DNA of 64,000 nt from the NCBI GenBank assembly GCA_964619465.1, contig CAZUES010000001.1, forward strand, positions 198,730 through 262,729. The letters are read 5' to 3'. Both the position numbers and the translations under genes were made by a program. The notes beneath the pieces are model-generated. The model was not told where the DNA came from. It saw nothing but the letters and a program-made list of their open reading frames with translations, and did not search any database. This DNA is from an uncultured Gemmatimonas sp. GTDB taxonomy: Bacteria; Gemmatimonadota; Gemmatimonadetes; Gemmatimonadales; GWC2-71-9. Positions 9,579 through 17,860 of the stretch are shown here, piece by piece. Position 1 is the first letter of the stretch. Every line of letters starts with the position of its first letter.

Positions 9579-9971
9579 ATGGTGCCGAGCAGTCGACGAG
9601 GGGCAGACACGGATCCTATCAAGGGTGCCCGAAGCAGGGCGCGTGTTTCTGTCGTGTTACCCTGGAGTCTCCGGGCGACCGTCGAGTCCCTTCGGCACGT
9701 CGCCCGTGTCGAACAATCCGACAGTGTTGAAGTCATCGTTGCAGGGGCGGAGTCTGTGCTGACACCGATCATCCAGGCGAACTTTCCTCCGGATTTCCGG
9801 ATCCTAACGCTACCCGGGAATCCCGACATTGCCGAGCTTCGCCGTCAGGGCGCGCTGGTCGCATCGGGAGACCTCATCAGGTTTGTCGATTTAGTCCGGA
9901 TCGATTCCGTCGTTCGCGACGGGCGCTCGTCCGAAGACAGACTCCGTAGCCTCGTACCGGAACTGGCATGA
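9579..9971 (+). CDS. Short GT2-like (GT-A N-terminal half) protein
   Basis: RVSVVLPW...EVIVAG...ELRRQGALVASGDLIRFVD resembles the N-terminal half of a GT2 fold. Stop overlaps the next ATG (ATGA). Confidence 0.55.
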   Translation: MVPSSRRGADTDPIKGARSRARVSVVLPWSLRATVESLRHVARVEQSDSVEVIVAGAESVLTPIIQANFPPDFRILTLPGNPDIAELRRQGALVASGDLIRFVDLVRIDSVVRDGRSSEDRLRSLVPELA

Positions 9972-11077
9972 GCGTCCAGCTGTCCGTGGTGATCCCGACG
10001 GGCCGAAACCCGACCAACCTGGCGCAGGTTCTTCTGGCCATCGATGCTAGTGATTTGCCACGCGACTTGTGGGAGCTGATCGTCGTCGACGATGGCGGCA
10101 CCGACGAAACCGTAGCGATTGCCGCCCCCTACGCCGACACGATTGTCCGGCTGACCGGTAAACCGCACGGCGCACCCTACGCTCGGAACCGGGGTGCCGA
10201 AGTGGCGCAGGGTGAGATCCTCGTATTTGTCGATGACGACGTCTGCGTCCGCCCGAACACGCTCAGGCGGTTTGCCCTCGCCTTTCTGGACTCGCCGGAT
10301 GTCGCGGCCGTGCATGGTTCGTTCGATGACGAGCCGTCCCGCGGATTGGTATCGCAGTATCGAGATCTGATCGACCACTACCTCCACAACGGCTCGCGCG
10401 GGGAGGCCAGCGGGTTCTGGGCCGACTGTGGCGCGGTACGGCGGGCTCCATTCTTTGCCGTCGGGATGTTCAACGAATGGCATTTCTCGCGGGAGCAGAT
10501 CGAGGCGCTCGAACTTGGTCATCGGTTGCTCGATCAGGGGTTCCGGATCGATTTCCGCTCCGAAATCGCGGCAACCCATCTCAAGCGGTGGACACTTGGG
10601 CGGATGATTGCGACCGATCTCCGCGAGCGCAGCGTTCCCCGCAGTCGCCTCCTCATGAAGCGTGGTGATGCCGCGCTCGGCCCTGCGGTTCCGGAAAAGG
10701 TCTGTGCCGTCCTCACCTGGGTCGGACTGCTGCTGGGCATTCTCTGGGTTGTCAGCGATCGTTCCGTTTTCGGTATCCTGGCAGCTGCAGCGTTCGGCGT
10801 GGTTCTCCTGCTCAACCTGCCCGTCTTCAACGTCTTTCGCCGCCGCCGTGGACTGCCGTTCACGTTGGCCGTGGCGCCGCTTCACCTGCTTCACTTCATT
10901 CTGACCGGGATTGCCCTGGTGCTCGGCGTGGTGCTTCATCACTCGGTTGGTGATCCGCAGCCATCCGCAACCGTCCAGGCATTCTCCGAGGTAGGTGTCG
11001 TGAAATGGCCTCCGGTTCCGCGCCCGGTCGATTCGGCGAGCAAACCGCCGGCGAACGGGAGCCAGAGCGGCGCCTGA
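9968..11077 (+). CDS. GT2 family glycosyltransferase with C-terminal membrane helices
   Basis: LSVVIP, VVDDGGTDET, ARNRGA, FVDDDV; hydrophobic C-terminal segments. Confidence 0.9.
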   Translation: MSVQLSVVIPTGRNPTNLAQVLLAIDASDLPRDLWELIVVDDGGTDETVAIAAPYADTIVRLTGKPHGAPYARNRGAEVAQGEILVFVDDDVCVRPNTLRRFALAFLDSPDVAAVHGSFDDEPSRGLVSQYRDLIDHYLHNGSRGEASGFWADCGAVRRAPFFAVGMFNEWHFSREQIEALELGHRLLDQGFRIDFRSEIAATHLKRWTLGRMIATDLRERSVPRSRLLMKRGDAALGPAVPEKVCAVLTWVGLLLGILWVVSDRSVFGILAAAAFGVVLLLNLPVFNVFRRRRGLPFTLAVAPLHLLHFILTGIALVLGVVLHHSVGDPQPSATVQAFSEVGVVKWPPVPRPVDSASKPPANGSQSGA

Positions 11078-11100
11078 GCGTCACGCGGGAGAGCCCCCCG

Positions 11101-12219
11101 GTGTCCAAGTCTGATGCCGATCGGTTGCTGGTGACGCACGTCGTAGCTCCGGCGCGCTCCGGTGGGCTCGAAACCGTCGTCGCGAGTCTGGCGCTAGGCA
11201 CGGCAGCTCGGGGCCATGCGGTTCGGGTCATTTCGCTGCTTGGTTCCGACGACGACTGTGAGCCATTCCTCCGACTGCCGGACGGCGGTGTTTCTCTGGA
11301 GGAGGTGCGCCTGCCGCCGCGCAGCTACCGTCGCGAAATTGCCGCCGTCCTGAAGACGCTCGCCAGCGGCGGCGCGGGTGTGGTCCATACCCACGGGTTT
11401 CACGGTAACCTGATCGGATGGCGAGCCGCTCGGCGCGCACGGAAGCCGGTGGTTGCGACGGTGCACGGCTACACCGGTGGCGGAGCCAAGGGGCGGCTCT
11501 ACGACTGGCTCGATCAGCGGATCCTGGTTCGCTTCGACGCGGTCGTTCCGGTCTCGTCTCCTCTCGAAGCCCAGTTGCGGGGTGCTGGTGTTCCGCCCGC
11601 CCGTCTGACCTTGATCCGAAATGCCAGGCCGGGGACGCGCGCTCCGCTCACGCGCGCCGAAGCGCGTGGACTGCTCGGGCTGCCGACCGATGGGATGATC
11701 GCCGGATGGATTGGGCGGCTCTCGTTTGAGAAGGGCCCGGACGGGTTTGTCGAGGTCATGCGTCGCCTGCCGGAGGTGTGGCGCGGTTCCGTGATCGGAA
11801 CCGGGCCGATGGCCGCCTCGCTTGCGGAGCAGGCGTCGGCTCAGCTGTCCGATCGCATTACCTGGCATGGGAGTGTTCCCGATGCCGGCTCACTGCTTGC
11901 TGCGTTCGATGTGGTTGCCCTCACGTCTCGGACCGAAGGCACACCGATGGTCGTGCTCGAGGCTATGGCAGCCCGGGTGCCGGTGGTGGCGACTCGGGTC
12001 GGCGGGGTTCCCGATCTGCTGGGTGACGCCGAAGGAGCCGTCGTTCCGCCGAACGATCCCGATGCCATCGCCATCGCGATCGACCGGATCCGCACCGATC
12101 CCGGATCGGCTGCGGAGCGGGTCCGGATGGCAGCGATCAAACTCGAGACGGAATTCGGCTATCCGGCCTGGGTCGAACGATACGAACAACTTTACCGCCA
12201 TCTGGCGCGTGACCTGTGA
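11101..12219 (+). CDS. GT4 family glycosyltransferase
   Basis: GGLETVV, HTHG and FDVVALTSRTEGTPMVVLEAMAARVPVVATRVGG (E-x7-E). The GTG start at 11101 is inferred. Confidence 0.92.
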   Translation: MSKSDADRLLVTHVVAPARSGGLETVVASLALGTAARGHAVRVISLLGSDDDCEPFLRLPDGGVSLEEVRLPPRSYRREIAAVLKTLASGGAGVVHTHGFHGNLIGWRAARRARKPVVATVHGYTGGGAKGRLYDWLDQRILVRFDAVVPVSSPLEAQLRGAGVPPARLTLIRNARPGTRAPLTRAEARGLLGLPTDGMIAGWIGRLSFEKGPDGFVEVMRRLPEVWRGSVIGTGPMAASLAEQASAQLSDRITWHGSVPDAGSLLAAFDVVALTSRTEGTPMVVLEAMAARVPVVATRVGGVPDLLGDAEGAVVPPNDPDAIAIAIDRIRTDPGSAAERVRMAAIKLETEFGYPAWVERYEQLYRHLARDL

Positions 12220-12226
12220 GAGGTTC

Positions 12227-13417
12227 GTGACGCTACTCGGAATCGTACTGGTCCTGTTGCCCCCGGTCATTCTCGCGGCCGCCTACTTCGGTTATCCCGC
12301 GATACTGATGATGTGTCGTAAGCTGCGTAGTGTGCCGTTGCCGCCGCCAAGCGCAGCGGAATGGCCGATGATCACGGTTGTCGTCCCGGTCTACAACGAA
12401 GCAGGGGCCATCGCGGCAACCCTTGATCGTATCCTGGCCTCCGCCTATCCCGCGGATCGGCGCCATGTACTCGTCATTTCGGACGCGTCCTCCGATGGCA
12501 CGGATGAGATCGTCCGTCGCTACGCCGATCGGGGCGTTGCTCTGGTGCGCCTGCCCAAGCGAAGCGGCAAGACGGCCGCAGAAAACGAGGCCGGTCGTCA
12601 CCTGGTCGGCGATATCGTCGTGAATATGGACGCGACCGTCGTCGTGCCACCCGAGGCTCTCCACCACCTCATTGCTGCGTTTCAGGATCCGACCGTGGGA
12701 GTGGCATCCGGGCGCGATGTCAGCATCGGCGACCGTGACCAGGAGCGCAACCAGGGGGAGTCGGGCTATGTCGGCTATGAGATGTGGGTCCGGCGCCTCG
12801 AAACCGATTGCGGGACCATCGTCGGCGCGAGCGGTTGTTTCTTTGCGATCAGACGCAGCCTCTTCGATTCGATCTTTCCGGAGGCGCTGAGTCGTGACTT
12901 TGCGTCGCCGCTGATCGCGCGCGAGCACGGCTACCGGTCGGTGTCCGTAGAAGAGGCCGTGTGCTATGTGGCCCGGACCCGGTCACTGCGGGCGGAGTAC
13001 CGTCGTAAGGTGCGGACAATGACCAGAGGGCTCGAAACCCTCTGGTACAAGCGCGGTTTGCTCAATCCGTTTCGTTTCGGACGGTTTGCGTTCTTCCTGT
13101 TTGCGCACAAGTTGCTGCGTTGGCTGGTGTTCCCCGCGCTGGTGCTGGCGGTGGTCGGTGTAGGCATCCTGACGCTCACGACGTCCTGGGGGTGGGCCCT
13201 TGCGGTACTTGGGATCCTGGCGCTCGGTGCCGGAGCCATCGGATACTACTGGCCGTCCGGTTCGACGGCTCCGCGGTTGCTGACGACCATGGCCTTTGCC
13301 GTGAGTTCGCAGGTTGCGGGGGTCAAGGCGTGGATCGGGGCGCTGCGCGGCGAACTCAATCCGGTGTGGGAACCGACCCGAAGGCCGGATCCGGTCACGC
13401 CGGGAGGTTCTGCTTGA
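12227..13417 (+). CDS. Membrane GT2 family glycosyltransferase (IcaA/CesA-like superfamily)
   Basis: N-terminal TM, VVVPVYNE, ISDASSDGT, GKTAAEN, MDAT, SGCFFAIRR, YRRKVRT, then C-terminal TMs. GTG 12227 lies 7 bp after the GT4 stop; the track's upstream extension overlaps GT4. Confidence 0.9.
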   Translation: MTLLGIVLVLLPPVILAAAYFGYPAILMMCRKLRSVPLPPPSAAEWPMITVVVPVYNEAGAIAATLDRILASAYPADRRHVLVISDASSDGTDEIVRRYADRGVALVRLPKRSGKTAAENEAGRHLVGDIVVNMDATVVVPPEALHHLIAAFQDPTVGVASGRDVSIGDRDQERNQGESGYVGYEMWVRRLETDCGTIVGASGCFFAIRRSLFDSIFPEALSRDFASPLIAREHGYRSVSVEEAVCYVARTRSLRAEYRRKVRTMTRGLETLWYKRGLLNPFRFGRFAFFLFAHKLLRWLVFPALVLAVVGVGILTLTTSWGWALAVLGILALGAGAIGYYWPSGSTAPRLLTTMAFAVSSQVAGVKAWIGALRGELNPVWEPTRRPDPVTPGGSA

Positions 13418-14039
13418 GCTCCACGCTGACGCGGCGGATCAGCTCAGCCGCCATGGCGTCGGCATCGCGCTCTTCCAATTGTCCGTCGAGCGGAAGTACG
13501 ATACGAACCAGTGCCTCTTCGGTACGGCGGGAAATCGCCGCGTCGAGCATGAGATCGAGCTTGACCCGGTACTCGTTCGATTCGGTCCGCCCGCGCCCCT
13601 GATACCAGTAATAGACCACGGCCTTCTGGTCCTTGTTGGCAACCATGAAGCGGTTGACCCGAACCGGGTCGTCGCCTTCGCGGGCGACTTCCATCGGTTG
13701 TGACGCGAGGGCTTCCCAGCCTGCACCGGGAAGGCAGTTCTTGGGCGAGTGAATCGTCTTCCCGCGTGCCTGGCTGGCGTAGTATCCAACGTACACCGAG
13801 AAATCCGGTCGATCGGATGCACGATACAATCGGAACAGGTAGTCGGTTACTCCGGCAACCCGGACCTCGTCGTCCGTCATCGTGATGTCGCTCCCCAGGA
13901 ACCCGTCGATCTGGTTAGGGAATGCGGTAAGGGGCGCGACCAGGTTCATGGTGCGCTGCATCCGGGTCGAGCCGTTGAGCAGGCACCCGACCAGCAGAAT
14001 CGTCGTGGGAACCCAGGCGGTTCGTACGGTAACGGTCAT
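13395..14039 (-). CDS. epsI: EpsI family protein (exosortase-associated)
   Basis: N-terminal TM, YVGYYASQ, IHSPKNCLPGAGW, VYYWYQ, ALVRI; directly downstream of the exosortase. Confidence 0.88.
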   Translation of the reverse strand: MTVTVRTAWVPTTILLVGCLLNGSTRMQRTMNLVAPLTAFPNQIDGFLGSDITMTDDEVRVAGVTDYLFRLYRASDRPDFSVYVGYYASQARGKTIHSPKNCLPGAGWEALASQPMEVAREGDDPVRVNRFMVANKDQKAVVYYWYQGRGRTESNEYRVKLDLMLDAAISRRTEEALVRIVLPLDGQLEERDADAMAAELIRRVSVELKQNLPA

Positions 14040-14920
14040 CCGGCCCGTCTCTTCGCGAATCGGTCTTCCAGCGACGAGATCGCCCAGGCAAACCCGCCCA
14101 GGATGCCAAAGGCAATCACAAACATGGCCCAGCCCTCGGTCATGTGCATGAATCCCTCACCGAGTTCGGGATCGACGAAAAACACCAGAAATCCGGTCAG
14201 GAAAACCCGAACGCCATTCAGAACGACCGCCACCGGAATGGCGCTCATGACCAATGCCAGTCGGGACGCCGGGTAGCGGAGCCAAAGCCCGCCGGCCAGC
14301 ACACCCAGGCTGAGCAGCGCCGTGAGAGAGCGCAGGCCGCTGCAAGCCTCCGTGACGAAAAGACGGTGCCCGGGAAGCAGAATCAGGTTGCCGTCGAGTC
14401 GAACTGGAATCTGTCGCATTTCGAGGAGCGCGGCACCGATTCGTGACGCCTGGAACTGGAGCGGCAGAGCGATGGTGCCGACCAAGACGGCTGGAAGCGG
14501 GATCGACAGCACCAGCAGGGTAAAGGGCAGCCACCAGGCTTTGAGTCGGGCCCAGCCTGCGAAGTACACCACCAGTCCCGCCAGCGCAAAGACCATGGAC
14601 ATCCGCATCGTGAAGAGCTCGGCAGCCAAGCTCGACAGATAGCGGAGTGCGACGGCTCCGCACAGAATCGCGATACCCCAGTTGCGCGCCGGCGCCAAGG
14701 CAACGCCCTGCCGGCTTTTCCAGGCGAGCCAGGCGGCGACCGGTCCGAGCAGTAGACCATGCCCGGCTTCCGGATCATTCCACCAATCGCGGAGGAGGAG
14801 GGCAAACGGCTCGGCGAACAGAATGCCGAAGGCAGCGGCGCCGAATGCGTAGGGGAGCCAGCTACCGGGGAAAACCGACTTGAGGCCCCGGCTTGCGCTC
14901 GGAGCGGCGACGCTCGTCAC
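14036..14920 (-). CDS. Exosortase (EpsH family)
   Basis: Multi-TM protein with HGLL, VTEACSGLRSL (Cys), LNGVRV (Arg) and MHMTEG (His). GTG 14920 overlaps the upstream TGA (GTGA). Confidence 0.92.
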   Translation of the reverse strand: MTSVAAPSASRGLKSVFPGSWLPYAFGAAAFGILFAEPFALLLRDWWNDPEAGHGLLLGPVAAWLAWKSRQGVALAPARNWGIAILCGAVALRYLSSLAAELFTMRMSMVFALAGLVVYFAGWARLKAWWLPFTLLVLSIPLPAVLVGTIALPLQFQASRIGAALLEMRQIPVRLDGNLILLPGHRLFVTEACSGLRSLTALLSLGVLAGGLWLRYPASRLALVMSAIPVAVVLNGVRVFLTGFLVFFVDPELGEGFMHMTEGWAMFVIAFGILGGFAWAISSLEDRFAKRRAG

Positions 14921-15702
14921 CAGCCGCCCTTGCGGAACAGGACGACCGGAATGGTTTTGAGCATGATCGCGAGATCGGTGCGGAAGCTCTGCGTCCGGAC
15001 ATACTCGAGATCGAACTGCAGCTTGCGGGCGACGTCGTCCATGTTGCGGTCGTACTGCTGGCTGACCTGGGCCAGGCCTGTGATACCGGGTCGTGCCCGC
15101 TGGCGGAGCTGATAGTCTTCCAGCTCGTCCGCCAGGCGCAGAAAGATGCTTGGACGCTCCGGCCGAGGTCCGACGACGTTCATGTCGCCCTTGAGCACGT
15201 TGAAAAGCTGCGGCAACTCGTCGAGTCGGGTCTGCCGGAGCAGACCGCCGAGCCAGGTTACCCGGGGATCCTTTTCCTTGGCCCACACCGCGCCGGTGCC
15301 GCTTTCCGCATCGACCCGCATGGTGCGGAACTTATAGATCACGAACGGACGTCCGCCCAGATCGCAGACGCGCCGCCGGCTGATCCGGAGCGGCACGTCG
15401 CCGGGCAGCCGATGATCCATGCCGATTCGGGTTTGCCGGTACAGGATCGGTCCCTTCGAAGTCAGCTTGGTCAAAACCGCGATGACGATCATGATCGGCA
15501 TCGCAATCACCAGCAAAACGATCGCAACTGCTACGTTGAGCCAGCGCCGGGTTCCCTCCACTTGAGGAACCAGCTGTTGCGCCTGCAAGGACGTGCCGCT
15601 TTCCTCCGCCTGAGTCCGACGGACAGGCTGCGGCGAACGAGGTCGCGGATTGACCGCGATGCTCGACCCGCGCAGTTCGGAGGTGCGAGGCACGGATTCC
15701 AT
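14917..15702 (-). CDS. Priming sugar (polyprenyl-phosphate glycosylphosphotransferase, WcaJ/WbaP C-terminal type)
   Basis: One TM, IYKFRTM, RQTRLDELPQLFNVLKGDMNVVGPRPE, PGITGLAQV. ATG at 15702 is coupled to the upstream TGA (TGATG). Confidence 0.93.
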   Translation of the reverse strand: MESVPRTSELRGSSIAVNPRPRSPQPVRRTQAEESGTSLQAQQLVPQVEGTRRWLNVAVAIVLLVIAMPIMIVIAVLTKLTSKGPILYRQTRIGMDHRLPGDVPLRISRRRVCDLGGRPFVIYKFRTMRVDAESGTGAVWAKEKDPRVTWLGGLLRQTRLDELPQLFNVLKGDMNVVGPRPERPSIFLRLADELEDYQLRQRARPGITGLAQVSQQYDRNMDDVARKLQFDLEYVRTQSFRTDLAIMLKTIPVVLFRKGGW

Positions 15703-16547
15703 CAAAATATCGAGATTCCCAGAACGAGGACCCCCAGCAGCAGCTGGGCCGGGAGCAACCACCGCATCATGTTCGACCCGGGAGGCAGCGCCGCGTCCAC
15801 CGATCCGCCAACGATGATTTCGTCGCCGCCGTGCAGGTTCAGATTGTCGAGCGACTGCCCGCCGGCAACGGCAGCCCGCAGCTGCTCGCGTGAGACGATT
15901 TCCCGACTGGCTCGCCGTACGATGGTCTTGTTGACATCGGACGCCATCGTCGGGCCACCGGCCGCCATGATCGCATCGCTGACCAGTCGATCAGCCGGAA
16001 GATTGTAATAGCCGGGGTTCGATACGGCGCCAAGGACGGCGAGCCGAATGTACGACGCCTGAATGAGCACCTGCGGGTTCTTGACGTACTTACCGATTTC
16101 CTTGGTAAGGTACTCGGAACTCTCCGATCGAAGCACGCCTTCGAGCGAGATCGGCGGCAGGTTGGGAAACGCCACGACGCGGCCGGGCAGGATAGTAAAA
16201 GTGCCGGTCAGGCCGGTGTCTCCGACAACCGCAACTTCGATCTGATCGCCAACCTGGAAGTCTCCCTGGACCAGGCGCTGCTGGACCATCGCGGCTTCGG
16301 CTTCCTTGGCTCGCCTGAGCGAGCCGCTGTAGCCCGTAGAGGAGGTGATCTCCCGCAACTGAACCAGGGCCGCTTCGAGCTCCGGGCGGGTTGCCTGGGC
16401 TCTGCGGACGTCGATGAGCGGGTCCTGTGCCTCGAGATGCGAGGCGGTGCCAACGATCAACCCGACAAGGGCAATCCGCACCCACCTTCGTACCCCACCT
16501 GATCGTACCCTCATCCCGAACCCTTTGGCGAAGAATCGATGTAGCAT
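15702..16547 (-). CDS. Polysaccharide export protein (Wza-like, Poly_export + SLBB)
   Basis: Signal-like N-terminus, FQVGDQIEVAV, LPPISLEG, VLGAVSNPGYY, AIMAAGG, LHGGDEIIV and a C-terminal hydrophobic helix. Confidence 0.8.
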   Translation of the reverse strand: MLHRFFAKGFGMRVRSGGVRRWVRIALVGLIVGTASHLEAQDPLIDVRRAQATRPELEAALVQLREITSSTGYSGSLRRAKEAEAAMVQQRLVQGDFQVGDQIEVAVVGDTGLTGTFTILPGRVVAFPNLPPISLEGVLRSESSEYLTKEIGKYVKNPQVLIQASYIRLAVLGAVSNPGYYNLPADRLVSDAIMAAGGPTMASDVNKTIVRRASREIVSREQLRAAVAGGQSLDNLNLHGGDEIIVGGSVDAALPPGSNMMRWLLPAQLLLGVLVLGISIF

Positions 16548-16915
16548 TGTCTGCCTCCTACAGCAGGAGTCGTGCTAACAATAGCATTCCTGGTCCAATG
16601 TCCTGACAACCCTTCTAGAATGCAAATAGCTGCACTCCCTACCGTACCAAATCACCTCGCTGTCACGAAATCGGCCAGAACCTTGCGTAATAGGGGTGAT
16701 CGGGTACGATCGGCCAGGGCTTACCGCAGGGTGACTTATGCTCGTAAGTTATTGTAAATCATATATTTCTGCTGGATTGGCCCGACAACGTTCCAATCCG
16801 GTATCCGAGCGGCATCCGGGCTGCGCTGTTGCGCGCATCCATCGATGCAGGAACCACGACGCAACAGTTGGAGGCGTCAGTGTTCGATCCGGATTCCCTC
16901 ACATGAGCCATTACA

Positions 16916-17806
16916 ATGGGTGAAACGCCCCGTACCGGCTCCCTCACGATCTTGGTTGCGAACGATCAGGAATGGGCTGCTCGCTCGCTCGAGTCGATTC
17001 TGGTCGCAGAGGGATATCGGGTGGTCCGGGCGTTCAACGGCCGCCAAGCGCTCGATCGCGCGGCAGCGAGTAGACCGGACGCCGTCATTCTCGATCTGCA
17101 GATGCCCGACTTGGACGGATTGTCTGTTTGCCAGACGCTCCGTGCCGGGCCTGACTGGCGCAGTTCTACCCCGATCTTCATAACGACGGCCGGCCCCTCG
17201 GGACGGCGGGAACGGTTTGCGGCCTATCGAGCGGGCGCATGGGAATTTTTTGGGCACCCGCTCGATGCGGAGGCCATCCTGATCAAGTTGAAGCTCTTCC
17301 TCGAGGTCCAGTCCGCGTCCGATAGCGGTCGTGAAGACGGCCTGGTCGACACCCCGTCCGGACTCTACAATCGGCGGGGTCTGCTGCGTCGAAGCACCGA
17401 ACTCGTGGCCGACGCTGCGCGGCGCAAGGAGAGAGTCAGTTGTGTCATGCTGCGTCCGACCGAACCCGTCGATGCGGCGTCTGTCGATGCTGCCGACGGC
17501 CTGGTGCGTCAGCTGGGCGAGGTGCTCCGACGGGCCGGCCGGTGTTCGGACGCGATCGGACGCCTTGGTCCGCTGCAGTTTGCGGTGCTGGCGGTTGGGG
17601 CGGGAGATGTCATGGCTACGCAGCTGGCTGATCGGGTCAACGACCTGACCGCACAAGCCGGTCTGGCGGGATCCATCGGTCGTCCGAGTCTCACCTTTGC
17701 CGCGACTCGTCACCTCGTGCCTGATGTCGGCACGATCTTCGATTTTGCCGAATCGGACACGGCAACCGATGCGCGGGGCCTGCCCCTAGGCCTTACACCA
17801 TCCTGA
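16916..17806 (+). CDS. Response regulator with degenerate GGDEF-like domain
   Basis: REC with ILDLQMPDLDG. GGDEF-like DTPSGLYNRRG...RCSDAIGRLGPLQFAV: the active site is degenerate, the RxxD site is present. Confidence 0.8.
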   Translation: MGETPRTGSLTILVANDQEWAARSLESILVAEGYRVVRAFNGRQALDRAAASRPDAVILDLQMPDLDGLSVCQTLRAGPDWRSSTPIFITTAGPSGRRERFAAYRAGAWEFFGHPLDAEAILIKLKLFLEVQSASDSGREDGLVDTPSGLYNRRGLLRRSTELVADAARRKERVSCVMLRPTEPVDAASVDAADGLVRQLGEVLRRAGRCSDAIGRLGPLQFAVLAVGAGDVMATQLADRVNDLTAQAGLAGSIGRPSLTFAATRHLVPDVGTIFDFAESDTATDARGLPLGLTPS

Positions 17807-17810
17807 AGTA

Positions 17811-17842
17811 AGGGTCGCCCCACCTACGCGGCGGCCGACCCT
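17811..17842. terminator. Possible hairpin terminator between convergent genes
   Basis: AGGGTCG (17811-17817) and CGACCCT (17836-17842) inverted repeat; no clear U-tract. Confidence 0.3.
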
Positions 17843-17860
17843 CCACGCTCCGATAGGTCC

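Noticed and set aside
11822-12226. Apparent 135-aa N-terminal extension of the third glycosyltransferase
   Set aside because: It overlaps the GT4 gene in another frame; the plausible start is GTG 12227.
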